A stretch of 52,359 bases of DNA from a virus (Duplodnaviria; Caudoviricetes), in the IMG/VR virus record IMGVR_UViG_3300007734_000723, positions 1-52,359 of that record. The stretch is one strand, 5' to 3'. The notes beneath the pieces are model-generated. The model was not told the origin of the DNA. It searched no databases and was given only the letters and a program-made list of their open reading frames with translations. Positions 35,632 through 44,851 of this stretch are shown piece by piece (within the stretch, counting starts at the first letter, position 1; each line of letters begins with the position of its first letter). The position numbers and the translations under genes are program-made.

Positions 35632-36327
35632 ATGCCCTCTTATGCAGACTGGTGTGTAGAAGCCGACGCGCAACTTCTTTTGAACTCTTGCGGATTAACG
35701 ACTCGCCTGAGTTCGGGAGATTTTACAACACGCTTCGGCAGACTGCGCTCGCGGGTTATCGCTCAGATTTCGGTATCTACACACCGCCAGTTTGTCGCCG
35801 ATACGGTAGACACGAGCCGCTACTACGACGGAACTGGAGCGGCGGAGCAAGAGGTTGACGAGATGGTAAGCCTGACATCCGTGCAGGTGATTGGCTTACA
35901 GTCCGACCCCGGATACACTCTCGACAACGCGACTCTCTGCACGGAGCAAGCGATAGGGCGAACTCGAATCGTTGTGGCGCAGGGGAGCCTTCCCGCGTAT
36001 GCCTCAACCGCCGCGTTTCTGCCCTATCGAACGATTTTCCCCGTTGGGAGACAGAACCTTATCGTAACGGGTAAATTTGGGTTCGCCGCTACTATCCCCG
36101 CCGACCTGTGGGAAGCCGCCTGCGGAGAGATATGCTACCTGATAGGGCAGGAGGCGACTTTTGCGCCTACAGGACTAGCGGAATGGCGCGAGGGCGACGT
36201 AATGGAGAAGGTGAAGTCTGACACAGCGGACGCGAATCGCTGGCACGCTAATTTTGTGCAGGCGTTGAAAGACTATAAGCGACCTGCGGGGAGACGGTTG
36301 CGGATGCTAAAAGGCAGAATGATATGA
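35632..36327 (+). CDS. Head-tail adaptor
   Basis: R.YDGTG, V.G.FGF...IP.DL..A motifs. Confidence 0.7.
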   Translation: MPSYADWCVEADAQLLLNSCGLTTRLSSGDFTTRFGRLRSRVIAQISVSTHRQFVADTVDTSRYYDGTGAAEQEVDEMVSLTSVQVIGLQSDPGYTLDNATLCTEQAIGRTRIVVAQGSLPAYASTAAFLPYRTIFPVGRQNLIVTGKFGFAATIPADLWEAACGEICYLIGQEATFAPTGLAEWREGDVMEKVKSDTADANRWHANFVQALKDYKRPAGRRLRMLKGRMI

Positions 36328-36653
36328 GCGTCCCAATTAACACCACAATCTCACTCCAACGCGCCACGCGAACCAGCGACGGGGCGGGGGGCAAAACGGA
36401 GTCGTGGGCGAACATCGCGACAGGACTTGCGGCAGGTCGGCAGTTTTACAAAGGGCACGAGTCTACGCTTAACCGCGAGGAGGGCGGGAAGGGTGTTTCT
36501 ACCGAATACGACACGCTTTTCGTGTTGACGGCAGGCGCGGCGACGGTGCAGGTGAATGACAGGGTAGTGGATGCAGACGGCGTGATTTACACAGTGAAAT
36601 ATGTGCGTCCCTACCCCAGAAGCCTGCAACTCGATACTCGGAGGATGCAATGA
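36324..36653 (+). CDS. Head closure (stopper) protein
   Basis: SDGAGG.TESW...V.VNDRV...G..Y.V. Confidence 0.75.
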   Translation: MSVPINTTISLQRATRTSDGAGGKTESWANIATGLAAGRQFYKGHESTLNREEGGKGVSTEYDTLFVLTAGAATVQVNDRVVDADGVIYTVKYVRPYPRSLQLDTRRMQ

Positions 36654-37048
36654 GCGTCACTGGCGTTCGGGAAGTGTGTGTGAACCTAGTCGCCCACGTT
36701 GAGGTTGTTCACGTTCGCGTGTTGGCGGCTTCTCACGAGATAGCGGCACTCCTGCAAGCCTATGCGAAGAGCCACCATCCTTTTCAGAACCAGTCAGGCA
36801 AAACGGAGCAGACTACGACCTGCACGGTACATGAGACGAGCGGCGTGATACGTATTATCCTCTCCTCGAAAACGCCTTACGCGCAGTATCTGGAACTCTC
36901 GCGGGCTGGTAAGTGGGCATGGTTGAGGGATGCAGTGACGGCGAACAAAGACCAAATAAACCACATTTTGGAGAGTTATCTGGGGATGCGGGGCGCGTTT
37001 GAAGGAGCCTACACCGTGACAGCGGAGGATAAGAGGCTACACCCATGA
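36650..37048 (+). CDS. Neck/HK97 gp10-like protein
   Basis: AK..HPF.NQSG, YA.YLE motifs. Confidence 0.65.
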   Translation: MSVTGVREVCVNLVAHVEVVHVRVLAASHEIAALLQAYAKSHHPFQNQSGKTEQTTTCTVHETSGVIRIILSSKTPYAQYLELSRAGKWAWLRDAVTANKDQINHILESYLGMRGAFEGAYTVTAEDKRLHP

Positions 37049-37311
37049 GCGATATTTGTAAGAAGTGCGGTTTTGATTATGGCAAATGGGAGAGAGATAT
37101 AACGCCTGACTGTAGCAGGAGCCATAGCCAGATAGTGATTGAGGCGGTGCGAGATAACAAAAGCGATTTGAGGAAGTTTGGCTACGACCCTGAAAAGCCT
37201 CTTCATCTCGGCGGGTTTTGCCAGAAATGCGTTCCGCAAGCGATGCAACGAAAACAGAAACTCGCGCAGATTATCGCTCTTATGACGGAACTGCTAGAGG
37301 AGCTTGAGTAA
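37045..37311 (+). CDS. Hypothetical Cys-containing protein inserted in the neck module
   Basis: CxxC...C...CxxC; coupled on both sides. Confidence 0.55.
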   Translation: MSDICKKCGFDYGKWERDITPDCSRSHSQIVIEAVRDNKSDLRKFGYDPEKPLHLGGFCQKCVPQAMQRKQKLAQIIALMTELLEELE

Positions 37312-37820
37312 TGAGCGCCGAACTCGACACAGCGATATACAACCGATTGACGGGCATTGAGACGCTTACAGGCGCGGCGGCTACGGCTCAGGCGGCTCTA
37401 ATCGCGTTTCTAGCTACCGACCCCGACACAGGGAAGCCGGCTGTCTACAATATGAACCTCAACGACGCGCAGGGGACGGACGGGAGCGGGAACAGGGTAG
37501 CGCTCTACCCCTGTTTGACGTTTCGGCAGTCGGCGGGAACCCCTAACCATCAGATACGAAACTCTAGCACTCTCGCAGAAAAGGTTTACTACGACGTTGA
37601 GATTTGGAGCGATAAGCGGACGAACCTGCCCGTCAAACAGGCATCCGAGAACGTTGACCGTCTTTTAGATTACAATTTTGGCGCGGTCAGCACGCTACCT
37701 CTCACGAACGGGTTGGTAGACAAGAGCGAAACTGTAATCACCCTCGACACTCACTACGACAGAAACATACACGCATGGGCGGGGCTAGTCCGCTATGCAA
37801 TTACAATGCGCCGCTGGTAG
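37311..37820 (+). CDS. Tail terminator-like protein
   Basis: Position before the tail tube; YP.LTF and DVEIWS motifs. Confidence 0.65.
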   Translation: MSAELDTAIYNRLTGIETLTGAAATAQAALIAFLATDPDTGKPAVYNMNLNDAQGTDGSGNRVALYPCLTFRQSAGTPNHQIRNSSTLAEKVYYDVEIWSDKRTNLPVKQASENVDRLLDYNFGAVSTLPLTNGLVDKSETVITLDTHYDRNIHAWAGLVRYAITMRRW

Positions 37821-37841
37821 GCGCGAAGGAGTTAAAACATC

Positions 37842-38375
37842 ATGGCACAGCCAGTACCCGGCGTAAACACCGTATTTTCTAAGATGCTCGCGTATCTCAC
37901 CGTAGCGGGCGGAGGCGCGGACGGCGTGGCGATGGGCGAGGTTCAGGGGTTCACATTCGATAACGCGAATGAACTCGAAGAGCTACGAAGCCCCACCGGA
38001 CATTTCCCTACCGCCGTCGCGATTAAGGCGAAAAAGGTGACAGGAACGCTGAAAACCGCAACGCTCAACGCACGCGGCATTCAGCAGATGATAGGCGGAA
38101 CGGCGGCGGTGGCAACCAGTATCTCCACTGTGTCGCAGGGTCTTAACGACGATACGCCTAAGTGGGACCTTCACGGCTACACGGGACCCGGCAACATCGC
38201 GGGCGCGACGGTAGCCAACGCAATAGACGTGAAAATCAAGGGGTGCGTCTGTACGTCGTTTAAGTTCGACGGGAACCTCGACACCTACATAATGAACGAC
38301 ATCAACTTCAACGCTTATGGCGACGGAACCAACGTTATCATCATCAAGTCCAACGGAGACACCACCGGAACGTAA
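37842..38375 (+). CDS. Major tail tube protein
   Basis: Strong AAGGAG RBS; beta-rich 177 aa; position in the operon. Confidence 0.75.
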   Translation: MAQPVPGVNTVFSKMLAYLTVAGGGADGVAMGEVQGFTFDNANELEELRSPTGHFPTAVAIKAKKVTGTLKTATLNARGIQQMIGGTAAVATSISTVSQGLNDDTPKWDLHGYTGPGNIAGATVANAIDVKIKGCVCTSFKFDGNLDTYIMNDINFNAYGDGTNVIIIKSNGDTTGT

Positions 38376-38383
38376 TCTCCGAA

Positions 38384-38473
38384 CCGATGCGCCTCGGCGC
38401 GCAAAGCAGAGAGGCTCATCGGGGTAAGCCTCTCTGCTCCCCCTTTTTCGGGAACCCGCTTCGGGAGGGCGGG
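38384..38473 (+). promoter_or_regulatory. Structured intergenic RNA (12-bp hairpin, possible pseudoknot, RBS-occluding hairpin)
   Basis: AGCAGAGAGGCT/AGCCTCTCTGCT stem; loop CATCGG is complementary to CCGATG at 38384-89. Confidence 0.5.
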
Positions 38474-38477
38474 AACG

Positions 38478-40355
38478 ATGCAAAAAGAAGTACGGTTGAT
38501 AGCCCCTCTTCACAGCAATTCAGGTTATGGCAAGGCGGGAAGAGGGCTTTTGGCGGCGCTTTTAACACAGGGCTACACGGTGGAGGCGATAGAGAAAGAG
38601 GCGGACACGGAGACCTGTATCCGCACAGACGGAAGCGTGGTCACGACTCGAACGCCGATGCGGTCGCGCCCCATGCGCCACTCCCAGCAGGTAGAACTCG
38701 ATGCCGCACTGGCTACGCAGGTCTCTCACGACGCGCCGACGATTCTGCTCGGAACGCCTGACGATTTGACACTCTTTCCTGAGTACCCCAACAAGCGAAT
38801 CGGCTTCACGATGTGGGAGGTGAACGAAATACCTTCGCGGTGGGAGCGTCGCCTTAGTTGCGTTGACCGCGTAGTTGTCCCGTCGCAGTGGAACGCCGCG
38901 CAGATACCCGCGCACAACCCTGCCGTGATTCCCCTCTGCGTTGACGAAAGATGCTGGTCTACCGAGGGCGCGGTCTACCCTATAGGCGAGCAGTGGAAGC
39001 CCGATTTCCTCTTTTTGAGCGTGTTTTACGTGAGCGAACGCAAGAACTGGCAGGAGATGCTGGGCGCGTTTGCGGAGGAGTTTCTGGGCGAAAGCGTAGG
39101 GCTTTTGATACGAGCGTCGGGAGAGAATGAGTATCTGAGAGAGTGCGTGAGGCATTACCAGCGAATCGGCGTGAAGGTAGAGGTCTTAACGGAAGAACTC
39201 TCGGAAGAGGAACTCGCGGGGCTGTATCGGCTTGCGGACTGCTTCGTATTGCCCTCTACGGAGGGGTTCGGGATGCCTTACGTGGAGGCGGCGCTGTGCG
39301 GTACTCCGAGTATTGGGCTATTTGGGCAGGCGGGTGGTGAAACCGTTGAGGCATTAGGGGGTGTGCAGGTAGCTTCTCGCCCCGCGCAAGCGTTCAGTCG
39401 CATACCTCATCTCTACTCGCCGCAGATGACGCACCTGAAGCCCCATTATGAGGCGTTACGAAGGGCGATGCGCGACGCGGCGGAGAATGGCATAAAAGGC
39501 GCGTTGATTTCGGAGAGAGTAAAGCGCTTCTCTTGTGAACGCATAGGGGCGCAACTCGCGGCGGTAATTGAAGAGGTACGCGCCGCTGAAACTGTGATAC
39601 CTGAACCGAAAGAGATTCCGCTGGGCGTGGCGATAATGCTCACGCGCAACCACCTCGATAAGACGAAAATCGCGATAGAGAGCCTGAAGCGCACTGCGCC
39701 GGAGACGGCGATACTGGTAGTGGATGACGGGAGCGAAGACGAAACCGTAGAGTGGCTACGCAGTGAGGGCGTGACGGTGATTGAAAGCCCGACTCGCAAC
39801 ATCGCCACGAACTGGAATACTGGAGTCGAATGGCTACTCTCGCAGGGGTTCGCTTACCTCAACGAGATAGGTTGGGATGGTCCCATTGTGTTCTCCGACA
39901 ACGATATTGAGTATCAGGAGGGCTGGTTTGAGGGGCTTTGGCGCGTGATGGAGAGCGATTCGACTATCGGGATAGTTGCGCCGGCGAAGTGGAAGCCTAG
40001 TTCGTGGTTTGAGGGGCAGACGGTTTTGCAGAACTGCGGGAACTGGCTCTCAGAGTGTTTTGAGGGCAGGGACGGCAAACTGTTACGAGCCTACGAACCC
40101 GACTACGTGGAGACCGCTTGCATGATGGTTCGCTCTGAGGTTTGGCGACGGATTCGGATGGATGAGCGGTTCCCTATCTTTTATAACGACGTGGACTACT
40201 GCTTTGAGGCGCGAAAACTCGGTTACAGGGTGGTGGCGACCCCTCTCGCCAACGTGAAACACACGCCGAATACTACGAGCGCAGCGCGGGGCGGTGAGAG
40301 TGCCACACTGCGAAGCGTCTTCTTACAGAAACGAAAAGGAGAGTTACGAGGATGA
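38478..40355 (+). CDS. Two-domain glycosyltransferase (GT-B/GT4-like plus GT-A/GT2-like)
   Basis: SGYG, RKN, ADCFVLPSTEGFGMPYVEA (GT4); VVDDGSED, DND, DVDYC..A...G (GT2). Confidence 0.9.
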   Translation: MQKEVRLIAPLHSNSGYGKAGRGLLAALLTQGYTVEAIEKEADTETCIRTDGSVVTTRTPMRSRPMRHSQQVELDAALATQVSHDAPTILLGTPDDLTLFPEYPNKRIGFTMWEVNEIPSRWERRLSCVDRVVVPSQWNAAQIPAHNPAVIPLCVDERCWSTEGAVYPIGEQWKPDFLFLSVFYVSERKNWQEMLGAFAEEFLGESVGLLIRASGENEYLRECVRHYQRIGVKVEVLTEELSEEELAGLYRLADCFVLPSTEGFGMPYVEAALCGTPSIGLFGQAGGETVEALGGVQVASRPAQAFSRIPHLYSPQMTHLKPHYEALRRAMRDAAENGIKGALISERVKRFSCERIGAQLAAVIEEVRAAETVIPEPKEIPLGVAIMLTRNHLDKTKIAIESLKRTAPETAILVVDDGSEDETVEWLRSEGVTVIESPTRNIATNWNTGVEWLLSQGFAYLNEIGWDGPIVFSDNDIEYQEGWFEGLWRVMESDSTIGIVAPAKWKPSSWFEGQTVLQNCGNWLSECFEGRDGKLLRAYEPDYVETACMMVRSEVWRRIRMDERFPIFYNDVDYCFEARKLGYRVVATPLANVKHTPNTTSAARGGESATLRSVFLQKRKGELRG

Positions 40356-40870
40356 CAGAGACTACTGAAACCTACGATTTGAGAGAGCTAGACAACTACG
40401 TCATACCGCAGGAGGATAGGGACAACCTAACCTATCTGGAGCTGAGGGCGAAATACCCGCATTTGCAACGCCTGAGCGCGTTTGCAGAGGAGGCGCGGGG
40501 AGAATCGAGGCAGAAGGAAGACGCGGCGAAAGTTCCTCACCACGTCATGGCGAGTGACGGGTATCTGCGCTGTTTCGAGAAAAAGGGCAAAACGTATTTT
40601 CTGGTGGACATTACCGCGAATCAGGAGATAGCGATTTCCAAGATGTGGATAGCGGAAGGCAATAAGCCGGAGCAGTCTCAACTCTCGAATGGGGAGATGT
40701 TGGCAGAGGTGTGTGGAACCTTCTACTTAGAGGTTTACGACCCTGAAACTATGGCGACGCGCCCTGTGACGAGAGTTGAGGTGCTGAAGACCTTCAAAAT
40801 CAAGGAGATAAATCGGCTTATTTCTGAAGCGAACGGGGAGGATGAGCAAGGCGAAAACCCTCCGGCGTGA
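40352..40870 (+). CDS. Tail assembly chaperone (gpG-like) of phage B
   Basis: Upstream of the TMP; ends GENPPA over the slippery site. Confidence 0.75.
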   Translation: MTETTETYDLRELDNYVIPQEDRDNLTYLELRAKYPHLQRLSAFAEEARGESRQKEDAAKVPHHVMASDGYLRCFEKKGKTYFLVDITANQEIAISKMWIAEGNKPEQSQLSNGEMLAEVCGTFYLEVYDPETMATRPVTRVEVLKTFKIKEINRLISEANGEDEQGENPPA

Positions 40871-41025
40871 CGGATTGGGCGGAGGTGTGCGACGTGTTTA
40901 TGTCGCGGTACGGAGGGTGGACGATTGAGACGGTGATGAACCTCCGCCGCTCCCAACTGAATGCGCTCTATAGACAGATAGCGAAGCGTCCCGTCAAGGA
41001 CGTGCGAATGGTGGAATACAGATGA
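40855..41025 (+). CDS. -1 frameshift extension (gpGT-like); slippery heptamer A_AAC_CCT at 40855-40861
   Basis: -1 frame KPSGVTDWAEVCDVFMSRYGG...PVKDVRMVEYR*; its stop overlaps the TMP ATG. Confidence 0.75.
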   Translation, partial: KPSGVTDWAEVCDVFMSRYGGWTIETVMNLRRSQLNALYRQIAKRPVKDVRMVEYR

Positions 41026-44000
41026 ACCCCTCACATGGCGACTTAGGCTCTATACAGGTAGGTATTGATATTGGGATTGCGAACCTGCAACGGCAGATGG
41101 TGCAGGTCGTGGGCGAATTCAACAGGTTTGGTCAGAAGATAGACGACTCTGTTGCGAAGACGCAAGCCTCCATCTTGCGCTCGTACACGACCTCTATAGA
41201 GCGTCAGAACAAACTGATTGAGCAGCAGTCTACGAAGCGTATTCGGGAGGAGCAGAGGGTACTTGCCGCGATAGAGCGCGAGCGAGCAAAGCACTCTCGC
41301 GCCGCGCTACGTGTGGCAGGTATGGCAGGAGATGCGGGGTTTGCGGTCGGGGTTCCCCTTGCGGCAGGGCTTGCGGCGGCGGCTAAGACGGCGGCGGAGT
41401 TTGATCAGTCTATGCGGAACGTCGACTCTATCGCTCATCTCACCGAACAGCAGCTCGCTTCTCTCCGTAACGAAACCTTGAAACTCGCGCAGGATAAGAG
41501 CATCCGTCAGACACCCAAAGACCTTGCGGAGGGGCTGTATCAGGTGTATTCGGCGGGTAAATCTGGCAAAGAGGGGCTTGAGATACTAGAGTGGGGCGCT
41601 AAAGGGGCCTCGGCGGGTATGACAGATACCGCGACCTCTACGAAGGTTTTGCTTGCGGTTCTCAATTCAGGCATTAGCGGGGTGAACAACGCCCGCGAAG
41701 CGATGGATGTGCTTTTTCAAGAGGTGAATCTGGGCGTTAACACCTTCCACGAACTCGCGAACTCTATAGGCAACGTGCTACCTACTGCGAAAGTGGTAGG
41801 CGTTTCGATTCAGGAGGTGGCGGCGGCGATGGCGGCGATGACGCGAAACGGAATCAACGCCGACGAGTCTGTTACCTCGCTGAACCAGATGCTGACGCAC
41901 ATCTGGAAGCCGGGCAAGGAAGCGGAAAAACTGATGACCTCGCTTGGTATCAGTTTTGGGGCGGCGGCACTTGAGGGTAAGGGGTTGGGCGGATGGCTCA
42001 AAGAGGTAATGGAGAAAACGCACGGGAACCGTGACCAGTTGGCGCACCTGATACCTGAAATACGCGGCGCAAAGGGCGAGTTCTCTCTGCTCTCGGATGG
42101 ATTGAAGGGTTACAACGAACTTTTAGGCAGCATGAAAAAGGCGAGTGAGGGCGCAGGTCAAACGACGGAAGCACTCACTCGACAGAATAAAGGTTCAGTC
42201 TCGCAGTTTGAACTCCTAAAAAAAGAGGTAGACCTTACCAAAATCGCGATAGGCGACGGGCTTCTCCCGACAGTGAATCAAGCGATGAAAGGGTTTCGTG
42301 AATGGCTCGAGGAGTGGAATAAGCAACCGAAAGCGGCAAGAGACGCGCAGACAGGAATAGCAACGCTTGCGGCAGAGGTGGGGTTAAGCATTGGTGTTAT
42401 ATCTAGCCTAGTAGGCTGGCTTGCGAAACTCAAGACGGGACTAGCTACGCTGGGAGTATCAGGCGCGGCAGGATTAGCGGCGACGGGAGTCGGAACGGCT
42501 GTCGCAGGAATCGGGCTTATGGTGAGCGAGCGAGCGAGTATGATAGACGCGATAGAGTCAGGCAATAAGGCGGCGTGGGAAGGTGCGCCCAACGCAAAAA
42601 GGAACCGTCCAGCACTTGAAGCCGAGCGTAAACGCATCGAGCAGGGGTTGAAAGAGTATGCCGGAATACCCGCCAAACTAGCAGAGCTGCAGAAGCGCAA
42701 ATCGGAGGTCGGGGCAGCTCTGTCGGCTCTTGACATTGAAGGCGCGGCGGCAGACGATGCACGAAAAGGACACCTCACGGATACGAAACCTAAACCCCCT
42801 TGGGGCGCAGGTGGCTACGAAAGAAACGCAGGGAAAGCGGGGGCAAAGGCGGCGAAAGACGCGGCGCGGGAACGTGCGAGAGAGATAAAAGACGCTATCA
42901 AGGATACGGAAGACGAAACGCGACTGACTCGTGACGATATAGCGGCACGGAAGGAGCTACTGTTGGCGGGGCGTGAGTTGGCAGTATTTAAGGCACAACA
43001 GGGCTTCGACGCAACGATGGCGAACGCTAAGACCCCTGCACGGCGTGGGGCGGCAGCTCTCCTGTATCAAGTCCAGGTTTGGAAAGCGCAAGAGTCAGAA
43101 GCACTTGAGGCTATGCGTAAGAGTGTCGCGATTTACAAAGAGCAGACAAAAGTCCCTGAAGGCGTGAAAGACGACTCAAAGGAAAAGGGTTGGGCGGCAC
43201 TCTCTGGCGGCATGGCGAACGCCTACGCGGTTCAGCAGTACGGGGCATCTGTAGCGGAAGCGATTGCGAAAGAGGTAGAGGAGCAGAAACGCGCCCAAGA
43301 TGAGATTATGGAGTATCGGCGGCGCATGGGTGAGATGACGAACGCGCAGTATATCAAGTTTTTGGAGCAGAGAGTGCTGGCAGAGCGGACGTTTGGGTTT
43401 GGCGGCAAAGAGACCAGCGAGCAGAACCCTGCTTTCAGGGATAAGAACCTCGAACTGCGCCAACACTACACGGACGCGATGGAGAGCATCTTTGGAAGCA
43501 AGGGCAGAAAAGGCGGCAAAGAGGGGGCAAAAGAGATTGCAGAGGGGATTTCGCAGGGTGATAAGTATATGAAACGCGCTATGGAAGACCTGAGCGGCGG
43601 GGCGTTGGGTTCGTTGCAGAAGGCACTTCACAAAGGCATGAAGGGCGGATTTGGGGATATTCTTGCACACACGCTCACCGACCTGCTCTCTAACGTGCTT
43701 GAGAACGCTATTACCTCCGCTTTTAAGAAGAAAAAGAAGAAGGGCGGTGGGGCAGGAGACGTATTCGGCGGCGGCGGGTTGTTGGGTGACTTCCTATCGC
43801 CAATCTCTAGCCTGTTCGGCGGCGGGTTCGATAATGCCTCTAACGACAGGATGGCGCAAGGGTGGGGCTTCGACTTCGCGAAGCATTTTAGCAGGGGCAC
43901 TGCTCAGTTTGACAACCAGATGAGGGCGGTAGTACCCGCAGGGGGTGGCGTCGGTGTCGGCTCGCGAAGTGTGAGCATCAACCTGCACGGCGACAACCAT

Positions 44001-44093
44001 TTCCATACTGCGATAGATGTTCAGGAGTTCGGGCGCTCGTTGGCGTGGCAGGTGCAGAGCGAACTCAACCGAACCGTAGGAGGGGGTTACTAA
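41022..44093 (+). CDS. Tail tape measure protein, copy with phage B N-terminus, 1023 aa
   Basis: Different N-terminal ~100 aa; the remainder is near-identical to 512..3811. Confidence 0.93.
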   Translation: MNPSHGDLGSIQVGIDIGIANLQRQMVQVVGEFNRFGQKIDDSVAKTQASILRSYTTSIERQNKLIEQQSTKRIREEQRVLAAIERERAKHSRAALRVAGMAGDAGFAVGVPLAAGLAAAAKTAAEFDQSMRNVDSIAHLTEQQLASLRNETLKLAQDKSIRQTPKDLAEGLYQVYSAGKSGKEGLEILEWGAKGASAGMTDTATSTKVLLAVLNSGISGVNNAREAMDVLFQEVNLGVNTFHELANSIGNVLPTAKVVGVSIQEVAAAMAAMTRNGINADESVTSLNQMLTHIWKPGKEAEKLMTSLGISFGAAALEGKGLGGWLKEVMEKTHGNRDQLAHLIPEIRGAKGEFSLLSDGLKGYNELLGSMKKASEGAGQTTEALTRQNKGSVSQFELLKKEVDLTKIAIGDGLLPTVNQAMKGFREWLEEWNKQPKAARDAQTGIATLAAEVGLSIGVISSLVGWLAKLKTGLATLGVSGAAGLAATGVGTAVAGIGLMVSERASMIDAIESGNKAAWEGAPNAKRNRPALEAERKRIEQGLKEYAGIPAKLAELQKRKSEVGAALSALDIEGAAADDARKGHLTDTKPKPPWGAGGYERNAGKAGAKAAKDAARERAREIKDAIKDTEDETRLTRDDIAARKELLLAGRELAVFKAQQGFDATMANAKTPARRGAAALLYQVQVWKAQESEALEAMRKSVAIYKEQTKVPEGVKDDSKEKGWAALSGGMANAYAVQQYGASVAEAIAKEVEEQKRAQDEIMEYRRRMGEMTNAQYIKFLEQRVLAERTFGFGGKETSEQNPAFRDKNLELRQHYTDAMESIFGSKGRKGGKEGAKEIAEGISQGDKYMKRAMEDLSGGALGSLQKALHKGMKGGFGDILAHTLTDLLSNVLENAITSAFKKKKKKGGGAGDVFGGGGLLGDFLSPISSLFGGGFDNASNDRMAQGWGFDFAKHFSRGTAQFDNQMRAVVPAGGGVGVGSRSVSINLHGDNHFHTAIDVQEFGRSLAWQVQSELNRTVGGGY

Positions 44094-44851
44094 TGGCTTA
44101 CGCACTCAAGTTCGGCTCGTACACATTCCCAACCACCTTCGCGCCCGTGAGCGACCCTGTTGACGTGAGTGTGCCGCTCTCGAAGATACCCCGCTCTGAT
44201 GGTGACGTAGCCTCTACAGGTTATCGTAAGGGCAAGGTAGTGCAGATAGACGGCGGGTTGACGAACGGGGTAGGGAGCTACTCAGAGACAGGGGTAAGGA
44301 CGCTTATAGACGCGTTTCGGGCTGGCATTGCGGGGAAGCAGAACCTCTACTTTTTCGACGATAGGTACTATCGAAATGCTCAAATGACCCATGCCGAGTT
44401 TGCCAACGAGGTAGGGACATTCCTCAAGATACAGAAAGTGCGGCTTACGTTCGTTGCGGGCGACTCGTATCAGTACGCGGTCACGCCTACCGTCACGGCG
44501 CGAAGCATTAGCGCGAGTGGGCAGACGCTCTCTGTGACTGCAGGAGGGACGGCAGACGCGATCCCTGTGATTAGCTTGACGGTGGGGGGAAGCGGGGCGA
44601 AGACGCTGGCGGCGACGATAACCAACTCCACGACAGGGAAGGCGTTCACGCTGGCGGGGGCTTGTACAGGCGGGGACGTGATTATCGTGGACTGCCTGAA
44701 CAAAACTGTGACGATAAGCGGGGTGGACAAAACGGCACTGTTTGACGGTCTCTTCTGGAGCCTCGCGAACGGAGCCAACACCGTGACGGTTGCTTACACC
44801 ACGGCGACGATAACCAATCTGAGTGTTTCGGCACAGGATAGGTGGTACTGA
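44093..44851 (+). CDS. Distal tail protein (copy 2)
   Basis: Translation identical to 3811..4569. Confidence 0.8.
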   Translation: MAYALKFGSYTFPTTFAPVSDPVDVSVPLSKIPRSDGDVASTGYRKGKVVQIDGGLTNGVGSYSETGVRTLIDAFRAGIAGKQNLYFFDDRYYRNAQMTHAEFANEVGTFLKIQKVRLTFVAGDSYQYAVTPTVTARSISASGQTLSVTAGGTADAIPVISLTVGGSGAKTLAATITNSTTGKAFTLAGACTGGDVIIVDCLNKTVTISGVDKTALFDGLFWSLANGANTVTVAYTTATITNLSVSAQDRWY

